Shown: piece after piece, positions 27,225-34,865 of the stretch
How the letters are laid out: every line of letters begins with the position of its first letter
How positions within the stretch are numbered: position 1 is the stretch's first letter
Origin: Clostridia bacterium
GTDB lineage: Bacteria > Bacillota > Clostridia > Christensenellales > UBA1242
Assembly: GCA_045650505.1 (NCBI GenBank)
Contig: JAZRRE010000003.1
Span: 11,759-75,758, forward strand
DNA: 64,000 nt
Direction: 5' to 3'
Made by a program: the position numbers and the translations under genes
Notes under the pieces: model-generated
What the model saw: only the letters and a program-made list of their open reading frames with translations
Database searches by the model: none
Told to the model about the DNA's origin: nothing

Positions 27225-28100
27225 ATGGAAGAAAATAAAATTATGTTAAATGATATATTAAACTTTACAGAAGAAGAAATTAAAAATGCAAAAATAACAT
27301 TAAATATGACTGCTGGACATGATGGTAAAAGTTTTTTAGATTACTGGCTTGAAACAAATGATTTAAAAAATGCACAAAAACATTGTTATTGGTCACATGG
27401 AGGAGAAAAGGAAGAAAATAATAGAAATTTTACAAGAGAAGGACAGATAAATGTTGGATTTGTAAGAATGAATGAAAATGATAAGTGGTTATTAGTTACA
27501 ATAGGTAAGATTACAAAAATACCACAAAAACCGGACCATTGTGAATTTGAAGAATATAAAGAAAAATATATTGGGTTATATGGTAGGTTAATTATTAGGT
27601 GTAAAAAAGGTAATACATTTGCTAGATATTGTTTTAATTTAAGCACATTTTTAGATAATTGCGAAGTGCTAGAAATATTACCTAAAAGATATGAAGGGGA
27701 AGAATTTAAAGGATTTGACCAAATATCATTAAAATATGATGAGTTAAAAGATATGTTAGCGGAAAAATCAAGAAAGACTTGGAAAGAAGCATTAAGTCAA
27801 ATTAAAGGTGTATATTGTTTAACTGATAAAAAAACAGGGAAATTATATATTGGTTCTGCAACAGGTGAAAATGGTTTTTCTCAAAGATGGAATGATTATT
27901 TAAAAACAAAAACTGGTGGAAATGTTGAGTTAATAAAATTATATGAAAAAGAAGGTGAGCAATATTTTATTGATAATTTCCAATATACGGTATTAGAATG
28001 GTTTGGTTTAAATTATGATAATAAAAAAATTCTTGAAAGAGAAAATTATTGGAAAAATGCTTTTTCAACTCGTGAAGGAAATGGATACAATAAAAACTAA
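27225..28100 (+). CDS. GIY-YIG nuclease domain protein with an uncharacterised ~185-aa N-terminal domain
   Basis: C-terminal KGVYCLTDKKTGKLYIGSA...RWNDY...ERENYWK...N gives the GIY, YIG, Arg and Glu elements in order. Confidence 0.8.
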   Translation: MEENKIMLNDILNFTEEEIKNAKITLNMTAGHDGKSFLDYWLETNDLKNAQKHCYWSHGGEKEENNRNFTREGQINVGFVRMNENDKWLLVTIGKITKIPQKPDHCEFEEYKEKYIGLYGRLIIRCKKGNTFARYCFNLSTFLDNCEVLEILPKRYEGEEFKGFDQISLKYDELKDMLAEKSRKTWKEALSQIKGVYCLTDKKTGKLYIGSATGENGFSQRWNDYLKTKTGGNVELIKLYEKEGEQYFIDNFQYTVLEWFGLNYDNKKILERENYWKNAFSTREGNGYNKN

Positions 28101-28215
28101 AAAAGAAATCTTTTGATTTCTTTTTTTTTGCTGAAAAATTTAAAATCATTATGTCCGTTTTTTGGGGCTTGGTTTTTGATATTATAGGGTTAAGCAAAAG
28201 GAAGAATGATTATGA
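28093..28215 (+). repeat. Module C / repeat R1: terminator hairpin + dyad + extended -10 + RBS
   Basis: The first 38 nt are identical to 29221-29258 (AAAACTAAAAAAGAAATCTTTTGATTTCTTTTTTTTTG). The rest looks ~85% similar by eye. Dyad 28152-28169, -10 hexamer 28180-28185. Confidence 0.85.
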
Positions 28216-29222
28216 GTAAAATTGAATCAAGAAAAATATTGGTTGTTAACGATGGTGGAAAAAAATTAGAAAAAAGCGATTTATTATTTTCAACTATTGT
28301 ATCTATTTGGGAACAAGGCAGAGAAGAAATTGAAGATTTAATAAATATTATAAATAAAAAAGGTCAAGGCTTTAATTTTGACAATGATTTCATTATGAGA
28401 ACATGTCTTTATTTAATGTGTCCATCGTCTGAATTGAAAATTGAAAATTTGGGTTCAGAAAACATAAAAGCAATTAAAGATAATTGGGAAAATATTAAAA
28501 ACAGCATTATTAAAGCAGTTGATTTACTTAATTGTTTTGGTTTTTGTTCAGGAAATTTGGTTTCTAAAAATGTTGCAATCCCGGTTATTTATTACATTCA
28601 TAAGGACGGCAAATTAGATGAAGAGTCTATAAGTGAATTAAGAAAATATTTAATTATAGCACAAGTGAAACAGTTGTTTGGTGCTGCAGGCAATTCGGCT
28701 TTAGCAAAAATAAAAAAAGAATTAAACAACCACAAACTCAAAAAAGAAGGCTTTAAATTATCTTATTTTAATGAATTGAAATTTGTTGCACAAAGAGATT
28801 TTTCTGTTAACGAAGACTTGTTAGAAATAGTTTTAAATTATGATAAGGGTAGCCCTTATGCGTTTATGATATTATCTTTGTTATATCCAGAAATTAAAAT
28901 GAATGAAGTTCAATGGCATCAAGACCATATGCACCCATATGCGAAATTTAACACGAAAAATTTAAAGAGTTTGGGAATAAATGAAGGAAAAATTATTGAA
29001 TGGCAAAAAATGAGAGATAAATTACCAAATTTGCAATTACTTGTAGGAAATGTAAATGAAAGTAAAAATGATATGGATTTGGAAGAATGGCTCAATAAAG
29101 GTAATATTGATAAATATTTGCCTAGAAAAATTTCTTATAAACTTGTTGATTTTGAAAAATTTTATGAAAAAAGAAGAGAACTTTTAAAAGATGAATTAAA
29201 AAAGATATTTGATATTAAATAA
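28212..29222 (+). CDS. GmrSD-family fragment: distal DUF262 part + DUF1524 His-Me finger, N-terminal catalytic part missing
   Basis: Starts at the ...NDGGKKLEKSDLLFS... motif that lies mid-DUF262. The DGQQR-type N-terminal motifs are absent. C-terminal HQDHMHP...NLQLLVGNVNESKN is a DUF1524/HNH-like motif. Confidence 0.7.
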   Translation: MSKIESRKILVVNDGGKKLEKSDLLFSTIVSIWEQGREEIEDLINIINKKGQGFNFDNDFIMRTCLYLMCPSSELKIENLGSENIKAIKDNWENIKNSIIKAVDLLNCFGFCSGNLVSKNVAIPVIYYIHKDGKLDEESISELRKYLIIAQVKQLFGAAGNSALAKIKKELNNHKLKKEGFKLSYFNELKFVAQRDFSVNEDLLEIVLNYDKGSPYAFMILSLLYPEIKMNEVQWHQDHMHPYAKFNTKNLKSLGINEGKIIEWQKMRDKLPNLQLLVGNVNESKNDMDLEEWLNKGNIDKYLPRKISYKLVDFEKFYEKRRELLKDELKKIFDIK

Positions 29223-29347
29223 AACTAAAAAAGAAATCTTTTGATTTCTTTTTTTTTGAAAAAATTTGAAATTATTTTTCAAATCCGTTTTTTGGGATTC
29301 TTCTTTTGATATTATAGAGTTATACAAAAGGAGGAAGGAAATATGAG
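29221..29347 (+). repeat. Module D / repeat R2: terminator hairpin + dyad + extended -10 + RBS
   Basis: Direct repeat of 28093-28215. Dyad AATCC-N8-GGATT at 29282-29299, then 10 nt, then TGATATTAT (-10 hexamer 29310-29315). Confidence 0.85.
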
Positions 29348-29579
29348 TGAAAATGAATTAAGAAAAAAAATTGATGAATTATTGGTGGTTGATGATGTGA
29401 GCATGGCAAGAATGAAAAGTGTGCTCAAAATTGGTTACACAAGGGCTGCAAAAATTATAAACTTTCTTGATGAAGAAGGTTATTTGATTGAAATGGGTTG
29501 TTATCAAAAGAAGTTTAACTTCGATTTTTATGATGAACTCAAAGATGTGATTTTTGAATGGTTTTGTGAAGTTGCCTAA
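29343..29579 (+). CDS. Small stand-alone FtsK-gamma-like winged-helix protein (78 aa)
   Basis: VSMARMKSVLKIGYTRAAKIINFLDEEGYLIE resembles the FtsK gamma domain core (LQR.L.IGY.RAA.I.D.LE..G.I). Confidence 0.65.
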   Translation: MSENELRKKIDELLVVDDVSMARMKSVLKIGYTRAAKIINFLDEEGYLIEMGCYQKKFNFDFYDELKDVIFEWFCEVA

Positions 29580-29593
29580 ATGAATTTAGTGCA

Positions 29594-29625
29594 TAAAAAA
29601 ACAGCCTAATTTTAGGCTGTTTTTG
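29594..29625. terminator. Bidirectional terminator between convergent island genes
   Basis: A7, then CAGCCTA-attt-TAGGCTG, then T5. Confidence 0.8.
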
Positions 29626-29639
29626 GCATTTATTATTTA

Positions 29640-31298
29640 TTAAAATGAGCGATATTTTTCAAAATATTCTTGAAGTGTTTTGCACTCTTTCATTTTTTTG
29701 AGGGTGCTTGCTTGAAGTCGTTGTTTATATTCTTCGGTTTCGGCTTGGTTTTGAATTTTGCCTTCAAGAACAGATTTTAAAATTCTAGACATTGTTCCAG
29801 ATGATTTGAAAAGATTGTGTGAAGAAGCATAAGCATCTGCCATATCAATCATTTCAGGAGTTGGGGTGGCATATGAACCATCAGGCATAATGAATTTGGC
29901 ATTTCCACTTGAATACATACCATAGTCAAAATCGGCTGAATATGAATCAAGTTTTTTGTATAAACCTGTTTTTTTGTTGAAAAGTTTATTTCTGGCATCA
30001 GGTGAAATTTGATTTGAAACGATTACAAAAGGTTTTGCAAACTCATTTCCTAAATTTATTGTTGCACCAGACTTTCTTTTATGGGCAACTAATGCAGTCA
30101 TTAAAAATTTAACTTCTGCATCTGTTAATCTCTTTAAAATTTCACTTTCTTCGGTTGAGTTTGAATCATATGAGTGAATTCGTTCATAATAATATGAAAT
30201 AATGTTTTCAGCAAAACGAATGATGTGAGTATTGTCAACGGTTGAAAGTCCAATATCCATAACAGTTGCAAGGCTTTTCATTTGTGATTGATTTGTCAAC
30301 ATTTCAGGAATATCAAGTTTGCCTTCGGCAATATCTTCAATTTGGTGTTTTATTATTGCAACATATGCTTGAGATTTTCTCTTGCTGTTTTCTTTATAAA
30401 ATTCTGCAAATTCAGGGTTTAAAAGAGAAACTTTTTCACACATTTTCTTAAAACCGGCAACATTTTCAATTTGAAACACACGGCAGAACTCTGTTGCTGA
30501 TAAACCACTATTCATAAAATAGTTCGCAATAAAAAAGTAGTCTTCAGCAGAAGTGATTTTCATTCCATCAGCAAGTTCAAAAAGTTGCATTAGTTCACCG
30601 TTGTCATCTGTCCAAGACATCTTTTTCACAAGGCGAATTTGTTGTTGAATCGCAGAGGTTTTCTTTCCGTGTTCACTTTGAAATTTGCGAAGTTGTTCGT
30701 CACCTTCAATATAAGCCAAAATAGCTTCAGGAACTTTGCTTTTATCTTCGATTTGGCTGTAATGTTCAACAACGTTTTGTCTTCCAAATGGGCTGATTGA
30801 ACTTGTTCGTGTCATAACAAATTTCAATTTGTCAGGAGCGTGAACTGCAATCCATTCAAGGGCTTCCCAAGGCTTATCTTCAGGAATTGAGTAGAGAAGT
30901 CTGTCATCAACTTTGTGTTGAACTTTCATTTTATAAATGTTTTCAGGGTGAACAATAACTTCGCGGCAAAGTTTTGGAAGTGTTAAAATTTGTTCTTTTG
31001 AATATTCTTTAAAATCTTTTGGTGAAAGTGTTTTAAACATTATTGGCCAAAACAAAACATCATAAGCAACTTCTGGGTGTTTTAAACAAAAGTCAATAAT
31101 GGTTTTTTTGTTTAAAATAAGGTTTTGAATGAGATCCATTTCATCATATTCAAGATGTGCGCGTTCGTAATAACCAGCATCTTTATGCGAAAGCAATTTT
31201 TCAACGATGTGATATGCATAGAAATGGCTATGGTTATTTGTTCTTACATAATTAAAATTGTTAAGCAATTCTTCTCTTAAAATCTCTCGTTTTTCCAT
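29640..31298 (-). CDS. Hypothetical protein (552 aa), no recognisable domain
   Basis: Clean long ORF. Its ATG overlaps the stop of the upstream 54-aa ORF (TAATG). No motif recognised. Confidence 0.7.
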   Translation of the reverse strand: MEKREILREELLNNFNYVRTNNHSHFYAYHIVEKLLSHKDAGYYERAHLEYDEMDLIQNLILNKKTIIDFCLKHPEVAYDVLFWPIMFKTLSPKDFKEYSKEQILTLPKLCREVIVHPENIYKMKVQHKVDDRLLYSIPEDKPWEALEWIAVHAPDKLKFVMTRTSSISPFGRQNVVEHYSQIEDKSKVPEAILAYIEGDEQLRKFQSEHGKKTSAIQQQIRLVKKMSWTDDNGELMQLFELADGMKITSAEDYFFIANYFMNSGLSATEFCRVFQIENVAGFKKMCEKVSLLNPEFAEFYKENSKRKSQAYVAIIKHQIEDIAEGKLDIPEMLTNQSQMKSLATVMDIGLSTVDNTHIIRFAENIISYYYERIHSYDSNSTEESEILKRLTDAEVKFLMTALVAHKRKSGATINLGNEFAKPFVIVSNQISPDARNKLFNKKTGLYKKLDSYSADFDYGMYSSGNAKFIMPDGSYATPTPEMIDMADAYASSHNLFKSSGTMSRILKSVLEGKIQNQAETEEYKQRLQASTLKKMKECKTLQEYFEKYRSF

Positions 31299-31462
31299 TA
31301 TTCTTCTCCAATTTCTTCAGTTAAAAATTTTTTCTTGTCACTTAAATATTCATCTAAAATTTCAAGTTCTTTAACACTTAATTTATTTATCACAGATTTG
31401 TCATTTTCAATAAGACTTAAAACTTCTTCAATTTCGTTATCGATTGTGAAAAATTTACTCAT
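31298..31462 (-). CDS. Small acidic protein (54 aa), translationally coupled to the 552-aa gene
   Basis: Hand translation gives MSKFFTIDNEIEEVLSLIENDKSVINKLSVKELEILDEYLSDKKKFLTEEIGEE*. AAGGAG lies 8 nt upstream. Below the ORF-track cutoff. Confidence 0.6.
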   Translation of the reverse strand: MSKFFTIDNEIEEVLSLIENDKSVINKLSVKELEILDEYLSDKKKFLTEEIGEE

Positions 31463-31504
31463 AACAAATCTCCTTAAAAATTACATTTTTAAATCACACC
31501 AATT

Positions 31505-31533
31505 ATTATATCATAACTTTTTATATTTGTCAA
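31505..31533 (-). promoter_or_regulatory. Consensus promoter of the 54-aa/552-aa operon
   Basis: Minus strand: TTGACA (31533-31528), 17-nt spacer, TATAAT (31510-31505). Confidence 0.7.
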
Positions 31534-31569
31534 TAGGGGCATAAATGGGTTTTATAATGCGTGCATAAT

Positions 31570-31596
31570 AAAAACAGGGGCAAGCCCTGTTTTTGT
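31570..31596. terminator. Terminator downstream of the helicase gene
   Basis: ACAGGG-gcaag-CCCTGT flanked by A- and T-runs. Confidence 0.75.
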
Positions 31597-34293
31597 TTAT
31601 TGTTTTTTAAATGGTGCTTTTGGAAGTTTTTTTCCTTTTTTCACAACAGATTTAGTTGTTATTTCAAAGCAGTTGTTGAAATAAGACAAGTTTTTAACTT
31701 TTTGAAGCACTTTAAAACCCTCATCGGTTCTGGTGTAAACATTTAAATATAAGCCCATTTTTCTGCTAATGCATTTGCTGAAATAGGTGGTTTTATCTTT
31801 GTTTGAACCAATAAGTTTTGGCACGCAAATTGAAAGCCTGAAGTTTTTTGAAATAATTTTTTTCTTAACAAGAATGTATCTTGGGTCTTGAACGGGTCCT
31901 AAAACTTCTTGCATTGCTTTTAAAAAGATATTTGATTGCTCTTTGTTTTCGGTTTTGATAAGGGAATAGAAAACACTATTTTTATCATTCTCAAAAGTTT
32001 TAATGTTAACTTTAGCACCAAAATTAATGACATCATCTCTTTTTAATGATTTCAAAACTGCACTTGAGAGTGATTTGATTAAATTTTTTAAGTTTCGTGT
32101 GTTAACCACAAAATAAACTTGTCTTAAAATAAGCACGATAAATCCGACGGCAACAACTGTTATTGATAATGTTTTAAATGTTTGATTTTTGATTATCATA
32201 TTAACAAGCATTAAGGCGATTGCAAAGATTGAAAACTTAAATGCTGGTTTCAAAAAGTCATAAAGCCCAATAAAAGGTGCTTTGGCTTTCGATTTAATAA
32301 TGTTTCCTTGAATCACTTCGCTTGGTCCATTTCCAAGTGCGATGTCCCAAGATTTTGAAGTGTTTTCACGGTCAGCAGCAAGAGCCATAATCTTCTCGTT
32401 ATATTCAGGCAAATTTTCCTGATTAAAGGTGAGTGGAATTTGACATCTTTCAATTCCGTATTCAATTTCGTTTGTTTCGTAGTTTGGTGCTAAAAAGGTT
32501 TTAAACCTACGCTCAAGTGTTTGATAATCTGTCAGGTTATAACTGCAAATTTCTTCACTTGAATTATCTTCGTTAGGCATAACGGTTACGAGGTGCCAAA
32601 TGTTTGAAATTTTGTTTGGCTGATTTTTGTCAACACGAATGGCTCTGCCACGAACTTGGTTTGAAAGCATAAAACTTCCAACAAAACTAGCAAATATGAG
32701 TGAGTTGATGTTAGGGGAATCCCAACCCTCACCAAGAAGTGATTTTGTGCCAATTACAATTTGAATGTGTCCTGCTTGGAAAAGTTCGGTCACAATGTTT
32801 ACTTTGTTTTTGTTGTTAACACCAATAAACGCACACTCAACATAATCAGTGTTTTCAAGTGGTTTAAGAGTATATTTACAGCCATAGTTTTTGCAGGTTT
32901 GTTCAAACTCTTTCAAGATGTTGTTTCGAATAATCACAAGAGTTCCACAAAGCACTGCAAGGTTGGTTTCAGGGTTTTGACGTCTTGCATACTCAAAAAT
33001 GCTGACAACAGAAATGTTGTCGATATCATTTTCAGTGCCAATGGCTTTCATTCCAGCTTTTTTGATATAGTCGGTCAAAATGAGCATACGAAGGTCTGCT
33101 TTAAGGTTTTCTTTTTCGTGTTTTATGATTTCAAGAATGCTTTGCATTTTGCTTTGGCTGGTCATAATTTCTTTATTGATTTTTGGGTTTGAACCAAGAT
33201 AAATCTTATTTTTAGAAATCAAGCCGTATCCTTTCAAAATGGTTTCAAAAGAAGTGTAATATTCTTCACCATAAAACTTTGCGTTTGTTTTTAAATCATT
33301 AAGCCATTTCAAAACAACTGAAAGAGAATAAGCCCCTAAACTTGTTTTGTTTTTTAAATATTTCAAAACTTTCGCGTTTGAAGGAATGGCAAAATGTTCG
33401 GCAATAGTGTAAGCCCCTGAAAACATAGGCAAATATTCAAGAAATTTGTCCATACTCGTTTCAAAATGGGTGATGGAAAGCAACATAATGTTTTGAAATG
33501 TTTCACTTTCAGCAATTTCTTTAATTGCAAGTTCAGTTTTTTCTTGGTATTTTTTTGCAACCTCAATTTCTTCATTGGTTGGAAAGTTGCAATAAATGAA
33601 ATCTTGATGTTTGCAAAGATTCTTTTTTTGCACAAGTTCAGGAACAAGCACTTCTTGGTCAATTTCACCGCAAAGTGAAATATATTTATTCCATTCGTTG
33701 TCATCAGAATCATAAGGTGGGGTGGCAGTTAAGGCAATAATTTTAATGTCACTGCCAAGAGCACCCAAAAACTCAATGAGTGCCTTGTGCCACTCATTTC
33801 TTAAGTGATGTGCTTCATCTAAACAAATAGTTTTGATTCCTTGATTTTTAACGGTTGCAATAAGGTCAAAATCTTCAAAGTTTTCGTCTTGTTCTTCTTC
33901 AAGAGATTCATCATCGCTTTCAAGTGTTTCTTTTGTGCCTTTTTTAAGTTTGTTCATTGCAGAGTGCAAACTTTGATATGTGGTTGAGGTTAAAAGCAAA
34001 GGCTCTTTAAGATTTAATGAAAACAATTCATCATTTTCTTTTTCTGTGTCAACAAACATTTCAAAACGCGATTTCCATTGGTTTTTAATTGTGATTGTTG
34101 GCGAAAAGATAAGGGCAGGTTGTTTTAGCCTTGAAATAAGTTCAAGCCCCAAAATGGTTTTTCCACTTCCTGGTGCAGCCACAATATGAATTTTTCCATT
34201 CTTGAGATATTTATTTGAGTTGTCAAGAACGTTTTGTTGATAATCTCTAAATGTGCCTTTAAATTGCACTTTGTTAAAATTTAATTTTTCCAT
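31597..34293 (-). CDS. SF2 (ResIII/DEAH) helicase with a two-TM hairpin and a ~168-aa C-terminal domain
   Basis: Motif I AAPGSGKT, motif II CLDEAHHL, motif III LTATPP, and motifs V/VI GEGWDSP...QVRGRAIR. Hydrophobic segments FKFSIFAIALMLVNMII and LSITVVAVGFIVLILRQVYFVV are encoded at ~32104-32250. Confidence 0.85.
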   Translation of the reverse strand: MEKLNFNKVQFKGTFRDYQQNVLDNSNKYLKNGKIHIVAAPGSGKTILGLELISRLKQPALIFSPTITIKNQWKSRFEMFVDTEKENDELFSLNLKEPLLLTSTTYQSLHSAMNKLKKGTKETLESDDESLEEEQDENFEDFDLIATVKNQGIKTICLDEAHHLRNEWHKALIEFLGALGSDIKIIALTATPPYDSDDNEWNKYISLCGEIDQEVLVPELVQKKNLCKHQDFIYCNFPTNEEIEVAKKYQEKTELAIKEIAESETFQNIMLLSITHFETSMDKFLEYLPMFSGAYTIAEHFAIPSNAKVLKYLKNKTSLGAYSLSVVLKWLNDLKTNAKFYGEEYYTSFETILKGYGLISKNKIYLGSNPKINKEIMTSQSKMQSILEIIKHEKENLKADLRMLILTDYIKKAGMKAIGTENDIDNISVVSIFEYARRQNPETNLAVLCGTLVIIRNNILKEFEQTCKNYGCKYTLKPLENTDYVECAFIGVNNKNKVNIVTELFQAGHIQIVIGTKSLLGEGWDSPNINSLIFASFVGSFMLSNQVRGRAIRVDKNQPNKISNIWHLVTVMPNEDNSSEEICSYNLTDYQTLERRFKTFLAPNYETNEIEYGIERCQIPLTFNQENLPEYNEKIMALAADRENTSKSWDIALGNGPSEVIQGNIIKSKAKAPFIGLYDFLKPAFKFSIFAIALMLVNMIIKNQTFKTLSITVVAVGFIVLILRQVYFVVNTRNLKNLIKSLSSAVLKSLKRDDVINFGAKVNIKTFENDKNSVFYSLIKTENKEQSNIFLKAMQEVLGPVQDPRYILVKKKIISKNFRLSICVPKLIGSNKDKTTYFSKCISRKMGLYLNVYTRTDEGFKVLQKVKNLSYFNNCFEITTKSVVKKGKKLPKAPFKKQ

Positions 34294-34301
34294 ACACTTT
34301 G

Positions 34302-34351
34302 ATTATATCAAAACCAATTATAGTTGACAATTTTTTTGAGAGTCTTATAAT
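34302..34351. promoter_or_regulatory. Back-to-back divergent promoters sharing the -35 region (helicase and NUDIX)
   Basis: Plus strand: TTGACA 34324-34329, 16 nt, TATAAT 34346-34351. Minus strand: TTGTCA 34330-34325, 17 nt, TATAAT 34307-34302. Only 8 nt separate the minus -10 from the helicase ATG. Confidence 0.6.
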
Positions 34352-34394
34352 GAAATAGGCTAGAAAGTTAAAGGTAAAAAAAGGAAACAAAAAA

Positions 34395-34865
34395 ATGGAA
34401 AAAAGAATAAGCTGCAGAGCAATCATTTTAAACGATGACGGACTAGTTGTTATGTATCGAAACAAAAACGGAAGCGAATATTATACACTTCCTGGTGGAG
34501 GAATGGAAAATGCTGAAACCGAACACGAATGTGTGAAAAGAGAATGCATTGAAGAATTTGGAATTTCTGTTGAGCCACTCAAAAAACTTTATGTTTTAGA
34601 AGACACAAAAACCATTCAACACATTTATTATTGTAAGTGGGTTTCTGGAAAACTTGGAACCGGCACAGGTGAAGAGTTTGAAGCAGGTAATGGAAAGGGC
34701 GTTTACAACCCAATGCAAATTGTGTTTAATAAACTTGCTGAAACAAATTTAGTTCCACCAGAAATCAAAGAGAGAATTTTGAAAGATTATAACGCCGACA
34801 AAAATTTTGTGGGTGACAGATTTGAATCTGTTTCAAGTGTTATAAAATTAGAGAGTGACTATTAA
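34395..34865 (+). CDS. NUDIX hydrolase
   Basis: Nudix box GGGMENAETEHECVKRECIEEFGI (GX5EX7REUXEEXGU). Confidence 0.88.
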   Translation: MEKRISCRAIILNDDGLVVMYRNKNGSEYYTLPGGGMENAETEHECVKRECIEEFGISVEPLKKLYVLEDTKTIQHIYYCKWVSGKLGTGTGEEFEAGNGKGVYNPMQIVFNKLAETNLVPPEIKERILKDYNADKNFVGDRFESVSSVIKLESDY

